64,000 bases of DNA from Eledone cirrhosa (GCA_964016885.1 OZ024745.1:72850001-72914000); one strand, 5' to 3'. Shown: positions 1-12,895, numbered from the stretch's first letter. The notes: generated by a model from the letters alone, not told the origin. Made by a program: numbers and translations.

Positions 1-1262
1 ATGGTGTTGGTGCCCTCCTACTGCGGACAAAAAATGGTGAGGGTCAAACTGACCCACGTCCCCCCCGGGATGGCCCCTTCTTGGCTGCCGCATCTGTCCT
101 CGTCGGAATCGAGGACAAAACAACTGTACTGCAAGTACAGAAAAAAGTAAGAGAAGATTGGGTCGGCACCTCCATTGAGATGTTAATCCAAACCAACCAG
201 GAGTGCATCGAAGCTATCCCGGATGTGATAGACTTCGATAACGGCACTCAACTGCCCATAAGTGTTGTGGGCCAACGCCCGAAATGCTTTCGCTGTGGAT
301 CGAAGACTCACCTCAGGGCCTTCTGCAACGAGAAGACCCTGAGAAAGGAGAAAACCCCCCTCCTTCCGAAACCAGCTCCACGGCTACCAGCAACAGGACA
401 AGCGGCAACCAGGAACGATAGGTCAGTGGCACCCATACCCACGCCACGGAAATCAAAAACAGCAGCAGCAGTGGAAGTATTAACAACAACAACAGCAATA
501 CCAAATGCAGCTGCAACAGAGACTCCAGTGCAAACATCACCAACAACAAGTGAAAGAGTGGAGCTGGTACCCCTCCCCGACCTCACAGAATCAGACATGG
601 AGTGTGAGGTGGGAGAGGGATGGCAAAAGGTCGTAAGAAGGCACAAACGCAGAAGCAGCGCATCGTCGCCTTTGAAAAGGGAGGAAAGAAATGAAAAAAG
701 GGTAAAGTCTGCTGCAAAGAGACTCACAGCAGCAACACCACCAACACCATCACCACCCACACTAGCACCACCATCACCACCGGCGACAACCCCACCGCCA
801 ACAACACCTTTAACACCACCACCACAAGCACCAACATCGCAAACACAACAACAAAACACACACACCCAGCAACAACGACAAGAAAATAGCAGAACCACAC
901 CCCACCCCCAGAAAAACAAATGCACGGCAATAAATACACACAACAAGAAACTAATGACTTACATAATTGAACACACAGACATTTCACAACACGACTACAT
1001 AATACCAGCACCAATCAAAACGCCAACTAACATAAGACTGCTAAAAATAGCACAGAAACAATACACAAACATTAAAACGAAATTCCCCAACGCAGTTGGT
1101 GATTTCAGGGACCTAGGAGGAACTATCAATCGAAGAGTATATTCGGACATACTCATAGAAGAGCCGACGACTAGCCGAAGGTACGTTTCAACGGTCCCTT
1201 CACCAGACGATCAAGTGAAAAGGGATGTAAAAACCATCCCTCCTCTACGAAAAGTACGGTAA
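1..1262 (+). pseudogene. Tx1/L1 ORF1 (gag-like nucleic-acid-binding protein), probable frameshift near nt 80-88
   Basis: Frame 1 gives MVLVPSYCGQKMVRVKLTHVPPG; frame 3 continues to the zinc knuckle CFRCGSKTHLRAFC and a Pro/Thr-rich tail containing the basic patch GWQKVVRRHKRR. Confidence 0.85.
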
Positions 1263-1297
1263 GTGGTCTTTCCCATCTTTTCCACTCTATTTTAAAC

Positions 1298-4200
1298 ATG
1301 ACCTCACTCAGAATAGGCAGCATAAATGCGCGTGGTTTGGGGTCGTCATGGAAGCAGGGTCACCTGCTCAACGACCTCAGGTCACTAAACATAGATGTAG
1401 TGGCCATCAGCGAGACCAGAATCTCCGAAGCACGGGCCTTCGCACCGATCTTCGGCGGCTACGATGTGTACGCATCTCCCAGCCGTCCTGGATCGGGGGA
1501 GGAGTTGCTGTGCTTTTTCGGAGAGGTTTGGATCTCGCCATACGGGCCATCTTCCTGGACCCAGAGGGTAAGCTGGTGGTGCTGGACGTGACCAGCGGAG
1601 ACGGGCAAGCTTTCAGGCTAGTGGCCATCTATGCCCTGACAGGAGCAGGGCGGCCTGATTTCTTCGCGCGTCTGGAGACCTTTCTTGGAACGTCCCGCTC
1701 TTTAGTGTTAGTGGATGACTGGAACGGGATCTTAGATGCACGCTGGGACTGTGTGGGATTAGCGGATAGGGGTGGAGGGTGCAAGAGCCTCACCAACCTG
1801 CTCAGGCCTTTTGAACTGTCTGACAGGTACCGATTGGATTTCCCGAATGTGCCAATGTGTACTTGGACAAATCGCATATGGTCATCCAGATCATATCTAG
1901 ATAGAGTATTTTGTAGGGAAATAGATAGGTCTAGCATAGGCTGTCCACAATTCAAGATAGTCAGCTACACGGACCACAAATTCGTGATCTGTGTGCTTGA
2001 CTTAGATAGGCTTCATAGACGAGGACCCGGCTACTGGAAGCTAAACGCGTCCTTACCAGCGCGCAAGGCCTACAGAGACCGGATTAGCGAACTAGTTAAG
2101 CGGGCGTTGACGGGGGCCATCGTCAACAACAAGTGGTGGTTTGCTCTGAAAAGAGCGATTAGAATAGAATCCATTAGGTTTAGTAAGGCTTTAGCAATAG
2201 AGAAAAATAGAGCAGAGGGAAAACTAGTTAGAAAATTAGACGAGGCGCTTAGCAAAGGCATTGCGACCGACGTGCTTGCGGCGAAATTGGCCCTTGACCA
2301 ATTCTTCAATGCAAAGCACGAAGGCTGCGTTGTCAGAGCAAGGGTGCGTGCTCTCAGACACGAGGGGGCGAAAGCCGTTCAATGGGCCCGAGTGGCGGAG
2401 GCGCGTAGTGGCAACAAAGCCACGATCCGGTCTTTGGTGGACCACGACGGGCGCATGCTACTCGATCCTGGGCAAATGTGTGAAGCTTTTCAGCGACACT
2501 TCGCTCAGCTGTTCGGGGGCAGCGGTGGGCCGGGTCGAGGGATGGACTTCAGTGTCTACCTCGACGGACTGCCGCGGCTCTCGGCCACTGAGGCGAGGTG
2601 TTGCGAAAAGCCGATAACAGCCGCTGAAGTAAGGGAGGCAATGACTGGCTGCACAAGGGGTAAATCGCCTGGTTTGGATGGTCTGCCCTATGAACTTTAC
2701 GTACAGATGCCAGACTTGTTCGGAGGCCTCTTGGCGGACGTCTACTGCAACTGGCAACAGAACGGGAGAATTCCCAGTTCTGTGAGCCGAGGAGCGGTTG
2801 CACTGCTGAGAAAGGATCCGAACAAGGGGGATAACATAGATAATTTCCGGCCCATAACTCTGCTAAACACAGAGTTCAAGATTTTGGCCAAGGTGCTAGC
2901 AAAGAGGTTGGCGCTTGTCGTTGGTGGTCTGGTGGGAGAGGCGCAGACATGCGCCATTCCCGACAGATCCATCCACGACAACCCCCACCTTATGCGATAC
3001 GTCGTAGAGAGAGTAGCTAAGGAACCTGGCACGGGTGGGTCCTTGATCAATTTAGATCAGTCGAAAGCTTTCGATAGGGTCGACCATCGTTACCTAGCGG
3101 CAGTCCTGAGGGCGGCTGGCTTTGGGCCCGTCTTCAGAGGCTGGATCGCTGCCATGCACAGCGACTTCTGCTCTGTGGTGAGAGTGAACGGTCACCTGTC
3201 GGAACCGTTCAACATCATGCGCTCAGTCCGCCAAGGATGTCCCCTCTCGTCCCTCTTGTACGTATTGACGCTCGAGCCATTACTGCACAAACTGGAGACG
3301 TTGAGGGGCGTCCCGCGCGAACTAGGATGCGGAAGATCCGTGTCAGCATATGCGGACGATGTCACCGTAGTGGTGTCGAACGCCAAACACATCGAGGCGA
3401 TCGGCACTACACTAAGAGAATACGAAGCGGTGACAGGAGCAATGATCAACCAGGAAAAGTCAGTGGGCCTGCAGCTCGGCACCTGGAGAGGCAGGCCCAT
3501 GCCGTCCAACAGCGTCGTCGGACGCTGTACGGACGGACCGGTTAAATTGCTAGGGGTCTGGTTCGGTCCGGACCTCCAGACGGACAAAAACTGGGACGAG
3601 GTGACGAGCAGGGTGGCTTCTCTCACCCAGAAATGGGCGGAGAGGAAGCTATCCCTGAAAAGTCGAACGGAGGTGGCTAACGCGTACATCGCGTCTGTCA
3701 TCTGCTACCGCCTGACCGTCGTACCTTGTCCTAAGCCTCGCCTGACTGCGCTGGAGCGTTTGCTCTTTCGCTTTTTGTGGAAGGGACGCGCTCCGATGGT
3801 CAGGCGGTCCATCTGTTGTCAAAACCCGCTACGTGGAGGGCTGGGCATGCCGTGGCTGATGATGCGCAGGCACGCACTCAGGCTACGACATCTCCACCTC
3901 TTCCTCGACGGTGATCAGGTGTGGTCACCGTTTGCTAGACACGTATTTCCCCAGCTCGTTTCCTTGACGGAGCTGCAGTCCTGGGTCAAGCGAAGACCGA
4001 GAGGGAGCCCCTGGAGACTGGAATGTCTTCAGGCGCTCACAGCCCTCGACCAATCGGGCAATGTGATCGGTGGAAACTCCACCTCGGCGTTCTATAGAGG
4101 ATTAGTGGAGGGGAAGAGCGACGACGTACTTGGGGAAACTCTAGGCGTCGATGAAAATCAACTAGCCAATCTCTTCGGAAGAACTTTCGGGCCGGGGCCT

Positions 4201-4716
4201 ATGGACAACTTCCAGAAATCTCTGGCCTGGCAGTGCTACCGAGGAGCCTTGCCAGTTCGGGATAAACTCTACAGGCATGGAGGTGCCGTCAGCCGGGCAT
4301 GTCCGAGATGCGCGCAGGGCGACGAAACCGTCCTGCACGCACTCGTCCAGTGTCCGAAAATTGCTGACTTGTGGGTTTATGTCGAACACCTGCTGTCGCG
4401 TTTAGAACGGATCCGGCTATCATCTGAGTCTATCGTGAGGATTGCCCCGCCCTCCTCCTTTAGCCGGGAAGGGCAGGCAGTTTTTATCTGTCTGGTGGCC
4501 ATGGCGAAAGAGATAGTATGGTGGACACGTTTGAAAGGGCTGAAGACGAGCACTTACCTCTTCGGTGATGCTCTGATTGACTTTTTCAAATTTCATTTGA
4601 AAAGGAAAATCAGAGTAGAGAAGGAAGTGCTCTCTTCCCAGCATTTTGTTGAAAGATGGGTGAGAGAAGCAAGAATGGCCCGAGTGAATGGGCCGACTCT
4701 GAGTATATATCTGTAA
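1298..4716 (+). pseudogene. Tx1/L1 ORF2 (APE endonuclease-RT-Zn finger), one frameshift at ~1495
   Basis: 1298 ORF gives SINARGL and VAISETR; the 1348 ORF continues with GGGVAVL, YLDRVF, YTDHK, KSPGLDG, FRPITLLN, DQSKAFDRVDH, RQGCPLS, YADD and CPRC..ETVLHALVQC. APE GDFN motif reads DDWN. Confidence 0.93.
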
Positions 4717-4977
4717 ACTAAAGGTGGAAAACTGGGAGAGGGCACTTGCCTTGGTGGTCAGGGTCATTGTGGCTTTTTACTGGGCTTTCTCCACAAATGT
4801 CCCTCCGAAGTCTCCCCCCTATTGGGGAATTTTTCATTGTTATTTTCATTGTTATTTTTGTTACATCCTCTGTTTTTGTTTTTTTTACACGCAGAAATGC
4901 CCATTTGTACCGTCCTGCATTGTCCTGCACTGTCCTTAATGTCTACTTTATGTAAACCCTTGTGGTTAATAAAGAAA

Positions 4978-5035
<58 letters not shown>

Positions 5036-5036
<1 letters not shown>

Positions 5037-5128
5037 AGAAAGAATGAGAAATAAGATAGATTGAAGGGACAGGCGGGTTAGAATTGAAAAAATGTCTTTA
5101 GATAAAAATAACAGATCCATTCATGTTA
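5036..5128 (-). repeat. Fragment of a Poseidon-type Penelope terminal (pLTR) region
   Basis: Near-identical to 38927-39017 (agaaagaatgagaaataagatagatt...aaatgtctttagataaaaataacag.tccattcatgtt). Confidence 0.75.
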
Positions 5129-5482
5129 CACACACACACACATACACACATGCACACATATATATATATACATACACACACACATATATATACACTCATA
5201 CACACATATATGTGCATGTGAGTATGTATTTATATATATGTATAGGGGAGAGAGAGAGAGAATTATATACAATGATAGAAACAGGACATACATATAAGAT
5301 CTCAGAACAAGTAACTTGTCAAAGTACAACCCGGATATATATGTGTCTCAGATCAGGATTTTACCAGTGTTCATTATTCAGCTGAGTACTTCATACTTAG
5401 GATAGTAGAGTGTAACAATATTAGTGAGCGCCGGGACCCGACAGCGGAGCTCTTGCTGTTTTGACAGCCAATTCCAGACTGT

Positions 5483-5930
5483 ATATGGAAACAGCAGTTG
5501 GGATCAAGAGGCCTGAGAGTGAACATAGTTAAAACAAAAGTGTTGATAAGTAGAAGAGAGGACAATACTCTGATCCCATCAGGGAAATGGCCATGTTCGA
5601 TATGTAGGAAAGGAACTGGCATAAATTCCTTAAAATGTACGCAATGCAGATTTTGGGTACACAAGAGATGTAGTGGGATAACAGGCAAACTAACAGGTAG
5701 GGAAAACTACGTATGCAGTAGATGTACAGGGAAAGTTGGCATTAGTAATCGCAGTAATAGACACATTTTTCCAATGCAGGTGGGTTCTATAGAAGTGGTT
5801 GATAGCTTCCGGTACCTAGGTGATCAGATTAGCATGGGAGGGGGGTGTTCTGTCCATAGTATCTAGAATAAGGATGAGTTGGAAGAAGTTTAGGGAAAAC
5901 CGGACGTAAAAGGATGATGATGATGATGAT
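5483..5930 (+). mobile_element. Internally deleted RTE LINE fragment with PHD-like finger and (GAT)n tail
   Basis: Highly similar to 63588-64000 (GKWPCSICRK...CTQCRFWVHKRC...YVCSRC); jumps directly to the RTE terminus cggacgtaaaaggatgatgat. Confidence 0.85.
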
Positions 5931-6085
5931 ATCTGTCTATCTATATATGTATGTGTATATGTATACATACATACATGCATGCATACATATATATATATAT
6001 CATCATTGTTCTCCACTCATACAGATCATTAAACTGTCTCTGGCTTGGTTTCTACAGCTGGATACCTTCCTAACATGAACCACAT

Positions 6086-6570
6086 TTACAGTGTGTACTG
6101 GCTGCTTTTTGATGTGACACCCATATGACAACTTTACAGTGTGTACTGGCTGCTTTTTGATGTGACACCCATATGACAACTTTACAGTGTGGGCTGGGTG
6201 CTTTTTGATGTGACACCCATATGACAACTTTACAGTGTGTAGTGGCTGCTTTTTGATGTGACACCCATATGACAACTTTACAGTGTGTACTGGCTGCTTT
6301 TTGATGTGACACCCATATGACAACTTTACAGTGTGTAGTGGCTGCTTTTTGATGTGACACCCATATGACAACTTTACAGTGTGTAGTGGCTGCTTTTTGA
6401 TGTGACACCCATATGACAACTTTACAGTGTGTACTGGCTGCTTTTTGATGTGACACCCATATGACAACTTTACAGTGTGTAGTGGCTGCTTTTTGATGTG
6501 ACACCCATATGACAACTTTACAGTGTGGGCTGGGTGCTTTTTGTCATGACACCTACTTGACCACATTACA
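6086..6570. repeat. 48-bp minisatellite (~10 copies) amplified from the RTE/SINE 3' tail
   Basis: Unit tttacagtgtgtactggctgctttttgatgtgacacccatatgacaac; directly follows the reverse-complement RTE tail motif ggtttctacagctggataccttcctaac. Confidence 0.9.
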
Positions 6571-6623
6571 GCATGAACAGGATGCTTATATATATATAGA
6601 CATATACATACACACACACACAC

Positions 6624-6662
<39 letters not shown>

Positions 6663-6759
6663 AAGAGAAATATTTAAAATCATATTTGGCATTTTACATA
6701 TCTCTATACCCACTCTGCATCTCCCCATTCATTGAGTACTCCAGTCTCAGCATCGCAGA

Positions 6760-6888
<129 letters not shown>

Positions 6889-7136
6889 AATATATATGTA
6901 CATATATATATATATATATAGTAGAATGATCGAGAATCGGAATATCGGCCCACGAAATCACGATAAACAATATCCGACATGTGTGGCAGAGGGCTCAATA
7001 GTTTGGAAAAATCAGAGCTATATATATATATATATAAAACCAGAGCTATATATATATATATAAAGTATATATATATATAAAGTAAAATAAAATAAAATAA
7101 ATAAGTCAAATGTTTAAAATTTGGCTTCGTTTATTT

Positions 7137-7189
7137 CTGCTATATATATTTCGGTGATAGCCATCTTTGGCTGTGACCTCTTCAGGCAG
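7137..7189 (-). ncRNA. Type I hammerhead ribozyme (PLE pLTR)
   Basis: ctgc-CTGAAGA-ggtcacagcca aaga tggctatcacc-GAAA-tatatata-gcag: stem I ctgc/gcag, imperfect stem II, palindromic stem III. Confidence 0.85.
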
Positions 7190-8549
7190 TCCGAATTAGT
7201 GTGGTAGAGACAAGTATACATGTTGTTGAGGTGTATAACTTTGTCAATACCCTGATATGCCCAGTTCCTGGTTGGGTTGTTATTTCACTGAGGAACTGGA
7301 ATCATATGAATTCAAACGAATTTCAGCGTCAAAGGGCCTCTTCTCCTCTCATTGGTCAGTTGTTAGAACATTCCTCAGACAAAAGTCTATAGAAATTCTT
7401 TCTGAGGCAAGCCAATCTGTAGTTCTTGTTCTTGTTATTGTTAGGTACATCTGACCTCTATTCTTGTGTTGGTAGTGGTGTTATTGATGGAGTCAGCTAA
7501 AAAAAATGTGATAAAGTGGTAGAAGGAATAAGATGGTAAAGGAACAAAATAAAATAAAATAATCGAATAAAATGTGTGTGTGTTATACCCATCTCAATGT
7601 TATAAACATTTGAAAGGTCAAACTTCCCATTGGTCAGTTTTGAGAGCATTCCTCAGTCCAAAGTCTATAGAAATTCTTTCTGGGGTGAGGCTCACTGTAG
7701 TGTTTGTGTTTGCTATTGTTAAGTACATCAGACCTCTACCCTTATTTTGGTAGTGTTGTTGGTGTTGTGGTCAGCTTATGGCTTGCTGCTGCTGACAATT
7801 TAGAAGTATCTGTGTGTGTGTTTCTTCACCTATCCTGCCACCATCTCCCGTGGTGGTGGTGTGTGTGTGTGTGTGGGGGGGGTTCTGCCATGTATATGAA
7901 GAAATAGATGACAATAAAATGAAGAAAACAGAAAATAAATAATAGATAGAGAATAAATGAAAAATTAATGAAAAGGTAATGAAAAAGTAATGAAAAGTGA
8001 ATATGGAAAATGAAAAATGAAAATGAAAAGTGAAAAATAAAATGAAGATTCGAGTAAAATAAGATAAAATGTGTGTGTGTTATAACCAATCTCAAGGTCA
8101 GAAATATGTTGGATAGATTGGTAGGAGGAACAAGATGGTAAAAGAATAAAACGAAATAGGATAATCAAATAAAATGTGTGTGTTATAACCAATCTCAACT
8201 TAAATATAAATAAAAGGTGATAAAGTGAAGAAAACAGAAAACAAATAACAAATGAATAATGAGAAATCAAAATTGAAAAATAAATTCAAAAATCAGGTAA
8301 ATTAAAATGTGTGTGTGTTATAAAGATGTTGGCCAAATTATAAAGGCTGTGTCAGAATCAATCTCTAGGCTATCATGGTGTCTTCTGAGCCTGGGTTGGT
8401 CCCTATGGCTTGAGGGAAGTTCCCAACCTATGGTGTTGTTAATGCCCATATAGCTTGAAGGAGGTTTGGCCTGGAGGTGTCTACATGTTCTGTAGAAGTC
8501 CCTATAGCTTGAGGGGAGTTCACATCTTATTGTGTTGCTGCTGTCCATA

Positions 8550-9500
8550 TATCTTGAGGTGTCTGCATGTCCCGAAGAAGTCGGTTCTGAGGTTTATCAG
8601 GCCGCTTCCACCTCTTATTATCTCGAGGGTCTCGTTCAGACATAGTTTGCGTATGCAAGATACCCCTTTATCGGGTGGTACTTTCCTGATTATCGACCAG
8701 GCCAGAGAGTACGGGGTCCTGTCCAGCTTAAGCTTCCAGATCAGGTCTGAGAGAGACGTACTTTTCCTTTTGGCCTCCTTATTGAAGGAATGGCGATGGT
8801 TATACCAGCGGTCTTTAAAGCTCGTTGATGTGGCTCCTATGTAGAGGTGTTCGGAGTTGGGGGTTTTAACCCTACAACCGTATACTAGGTTCTTCTTACC
8901 ATGATTCAGGGTTTCTGCAGTTGCAGAGGGTGGTCGACCTCTGCTTACCTAGATTGCGGTTCCCGTTAGGTGTTATATGGTGGTCTTCCCCCAGGCGCGG
9001 TGGGGTTCCCCGGGTCTGTTTGGGTTTCTTGGGTGGGCACTGGGTCTCCCCTCCTCCCCCTTCCCTCCTTTCACATAGTTCTGCTGAGTGCTTGTATTGC
9101 CATCTTCTGGTTGTGTGTGGTTTTTAAGCCTACTCCTGTTGATGCTAGCTATGTGTTGGGCCAGATTTCTCGTGGTGGAATACGAGAGCTTTACAGTGTG
9201 TCTGTTGAAGATCTTGTGGTATCTATGGTCCCTCGGGAAGTATTTATCAAGTACTCCAAAGAATGATCGGGCCAAGCTGTTCTATAGGGCCGCTGAGTAG
9301 GGTGGGTTGTACCACGTGATTTTTCTGTGTCTCCTCCTATATGTGTGGGTCGAGGGCGTCGTGAGTTGTTGGAGATTTGTTGGGTTGCTGGTGGTTCCCG
9401 CATTGTTGCTTCCCCTTTGGGCGCTATGCGTTTTGCTATCTTCACGGCCTGAATCTGTGGGGTGGTCGTTGCCCGCACTGGGAGATCTACCATGGGGTTG

Positions 9501-9539
<39 letters not shown>

Positions 9540-11241
9540 CACATGTCGTGCAGTTGGTGTCGACGGGCCCGGGTTTGTTAGCATCACCTCTGAGACTGCT
9601 ACCCATATTGGGTTTCATACCATGGTTAAGCGTAGTCATCACCAACGCCCGGGTGGTGGTGTCGGGCTCATGGTGCCTATTTGTTTTTGTACTGCCTGTA
9701 TTGTTAGGGTTCGCCCCCGCCCCCCTCCCCCCGCCAACGCAGGTATGGGTGTCCGTTGGGCCATCCCCTTCTCGACGTTTCGGACTGTATGTTATATTTT
9801 GTCCATGTGCCGCCTTATTTAGAGCTGCGTTGTAATATTCCGCGTTGTAATATTCCGCGTTGTAATATTCCGCGTTGTTATCGAATATTTCCTTACTTGC
9901 GGACAGGCTGGAGATCCTGTCCGAGACACTCTTCACCACGGCCTTGGTTATGGATCTAGGGGGGTTTGACTTGGCGTTAACATACACGAGTTTCTCGTTG
10001 GGCTTGTGGCAGGGGTAGTATTGTTCGGTGTTCAAGTTTAGGGTGGTGTCTAGGAAGTTAACTACCTTTCTATTTGGGTCTAGTTCTATACTGAGCCCCT
10101 GGTTCTTAAAGAAATGGCGAATACGCCTCCTAATTCCCTCCAACATATTGGTACTGTGGTCATATACTGTGAAGAGAGCATCGTCACGATATAATCCGCC
10201 TCCCAGGCAGGGGATTTCATCTTTTATCTGCTTCAGCAGGAAAAGCCCAACCAGGTCCGTTACCTGTGCTGAGTCGCTGGAGCCCATCGTGATGTCAAAG
10301 TTATTTGGCCAATCACTCCTGGTCCAAAGGTCTCCATTGAAACGGATTAAGGTCTTATTTGCGGCGTGGATGATGCTCAGCTCCTCTTGGGTTAGGTCCG
10401 TGCTGGACATCGCTAAAAATAGGGCCTTATTGAGTACTATGGGTGAGATTGAGGAGTAGTAGCCTGTGATATCCAGTTGTATAAAGCTGGTCTTACTTTT
10501 CTCATGTGGTATCTTAAACCATTCTATTACCTCTCCCGTGCATGACCATTGCTGTAATTTAGTTTTCTTCCGAAGCTTGGGCAAAATCCTATCTAGTATT
10601 CTTTTACTGACGATCCCTAGGTCTGATCTGGAGGGGGCTATTAGTCTGACAGGGAGGTCGGACTCAAAATTTATCTTGTGATCTTTCAGGGTAATCCGCG
10701 GCTCCCTTGGTTGGTATGGGGCCGTCCTGTCCTCTATGCCGAGTCCAGATATAATCCTGTAAGCTGTGGCATTGATCTCATCCAGGGTAAATCCAGATGT
10801 TTTTTTGTAGCGCTTCCTCAGTTCCCTGAGAATTAGCTTATTATACAGTTCAGTGTTCATGTTGTAGAGGTTGCTGGTTTTGTCAGCATGAACAAGTATT
10901 CCAGTTGTCTCTTTAAGTACTGTAATCCGGTTTCTCAGGTGTCTGAGGTACTCCTGACCTCTGGTTGGGTTTCCGGAGAATTTGAGGTTGGATGTGATGT
11001 TAATCATCTCGTTTTCAAACTCCTCCATTAGTCTGTTGTGGGGGGGATTCCTCCTTGATCGAAAAAGGTACTCCATATTTTGTGTGTTGATAATTTTTTG
11101 CGTTCCTCTTTCGAAGTGGAACGCCTTCCATCTCATCCTACGGACGAGGGAGTCCGTATTCTTGATGAGATCACTGGTGTATTCTCGTTTGTCAGGTAGG
11201 GGGATGTCCGTCAGTGACGCTAAGGTTGCCAGTTTTTCCAT
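8550..11241 (-). pseudogene. PLE reverse transcriptase-GIY-YIG polyprotein, broken in the RT-EN linker
   Basis: RRMRWKAF, ADKTSNLY, LDITGYYSSI, ITMGSSDSAQVTDLVG, GLYRDD, VNFLDTTL. A (CA)n tract at ~9503-9536 and frameshifts separate RT from the endonuclease; a 15-bp triplication gives NAEYY x3. Confidence 0.88.
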
Positions 11242-11475
11242 AGTGACTTAAGTCCGCTACTGTTTGAAGCGCTCAACCCGTGGGGGAGCTAGATAAATTT
11301 TGAGTATATGCTGGTTGTATACCAACACCTCAGTATTTATTTTATTTTATTTTATTTTACATTACTCCGGAGTAACCAAACCAACCTGCGCACTTCGTCG
11401 AGTGCTCCAATCTGCATACTGAGGTGTTGGTATACAACCAACATATACTCAAAATTTATATATATATATATATAT

Positions 11476-11530
<55 letters not shown>

Positions 11531-11589
11531 AAGCGATGATGATGAACATATATATATATGTGTATGTGTGTATATATATATATATATAT

Positions 11590-11765
11590 CATCATCATTT
11601 CATCATTTCATTTTACGTCCACTTTTCCCTGCTTGCAAGGGTGGGACGGGAACTGATTCTGGCTTGATTTCTACAGCTGGATGCCCTTCCTAACACCAAC
11701 CTCATTTACAGTGAGTGCTGGGTGCTTTTTTGCCGTGGCCCCTCCACGACTACTTTGCAGTGGAA
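11590..11765 (-). repeat. RTE-type 3' tail (SINE/LINE end)
   Basis: Reverse complement of ggtgttaggaagggcatccagctgtagaaatcaagccagaatcag...ggacgtaaaatga(tga)n; matches 54010-54230. Confidence 0.8.
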
Positions 11766-11794
11766 TGATAGGGACCCCAGTCCCTATCATCTCA

Positions 11795-11945
11795 TTTCTA
11801 CAGCTGAGTAAACTGGAGCAATGTGAAATAAAGTGTCTTGCTCAAGGAAACAACATATCACCCTGTCTGAGAATTGAACTCACAACCTTTCAATTGCAAG
11901 GCCAATGCTCTAACCACTAAGCCATGTGCCTCCATGTGCCTCCAT
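11795..11945 (-). repeat. tRNA-derived CORE-like SINE
   Basis: Minus strand has A box tggcttagtggttagagc, B box gagttcaattc, then ccttgagcaagacactttatttcacattgctccagtttactcagctg; related copy at ~33680-33945. Confidence 0.75.
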
Positions 11946-12179
11946 ATAAATAACAAAATAAAATGCTGATGTTACATAAATCGTTTAATCATTATAATTA
12001 TTTCCACGGTCCTCCATGCAATCGAGAAGTTCTTCATGCATTTGTTGTTGCTATGGGAACGGTATCCTCAGATGAAATCCAATTTATTGATATGCTGCCG
12101 GCAGGAAAAAACACGTCCTTCTGCTCGTGTTCCCAGCATACACATATATATATATATATATCATCACTCATTCATTATC

Positions 12180-12895
12180 CATCATTTCCGTTTAGTGTCA
12201 ATTCTTCCATGTTTGCATGGGTTAGACAGGTCGTCCATGATGAGAGGCAAGTCTGGCCATGGTTGGCCATATTGCACCTTGCTCCGGCGAGGACTGTAAA
12301 TTTGGACAGGTATTTTACAGCTGGATGCCCTTTCTCGGAGCTGGGCACTTTCCACATGAGGAATTCTCCACGAGATCACATTTTGCTTCTGGTGCCCCGC
12401 ACTGGATGACCTCGATGAAACCCTCGTGGACCTGCCATCGACCTTGCTTTGTGGTGTGGGCTGGGTGGTGCCATTTTGAGCTGAGACCGGCGTTGCGTTG
12501 TCAGCACAGGTCTTTTGTTGTATGTTGTAGTGCCAGAGGACTCGGTCATGTGTCATCCCCATTGGGAGATTTAGTTGAGTCAAGTGCACCCTTATCTTTT
12601 CATCCCACATCTTTCTGGGTCTTCCTCGCTTGGTGCCTCCTGCAACATTTTAAGCCTTATACCTCTTTAAGCAGCTGTCCCCTTTCCTGCACATCACATA
12701 TCACATGCCCATACCAGTGCAGTCGTCTCTCTTGCACACAGCATTTGATCCCTCTTATACCTAGTTTCACTCTTAATACGTTAATATTTTGCCATTCACG
12801 TACACTTCTGTTACACATCCATCTGACCATATATGCTTTGTTTCTTTCCAGCCTCTGTAGATCGATGCAGTGCCCATGTTTCACTACCATTTAGT
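12180..12895 (-). mobile_element. RTE LINE 3' fragment
   Basis: LQRLERNKAYMVRWMC...LGIRGIKCCVQERRLHWYGHV, followed by the RTE 3' UTR. Confidence 0.85.

Larger units (their letters stand above)
1..5035 (+). mobile_element. Tx1/L1-clade non-LTR retrotransposon, nearly full length (5' end lies outside the window)
   Basis: ORF1 with a CCHC knuckle, ORF2 with APE endonuclease, RT and C-terminal Zn motif, a short 3' UTR with AATAAA (~4968), then a (TTA)n tail at ~4981-5035. Confidence 0.95.
7080..11455 (-). mobile_element. Penelope-like element with C-terminal GIY-YIG endonuclease (probably Hydra clade), with hammerhead pLTR and inverted 5' pLTR piece
   Basis: RT ORF from 11241; downstream frames give RKITWYNPPYS, KYFPRDHRYHKIFNRHTVKLSYS and NLVYGCRV...LYIGATSTSFKDRWYNH...KLCLNE...GTCRH. 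Hammerhead at 7137-7189, inverted repeat 11298-11337/11416-11455, (TA)n on both sides. Clade assignment is from memory of motif patterns. Confidence 0.85.

Noticed and set aside
308-946. Antisense ORFs over Tx1, PLE and RTE coding regions
   Set aside because: Shadow frames of transposon ORFs with no independent motifs.
6003-6728. 241-aa His/Cys-rich repeat protein (HIKKQPLHTVKLSYGC)n
   Set aside because: Incidental open frame through a 48-bp minisatellite derived from a retroposon tail.
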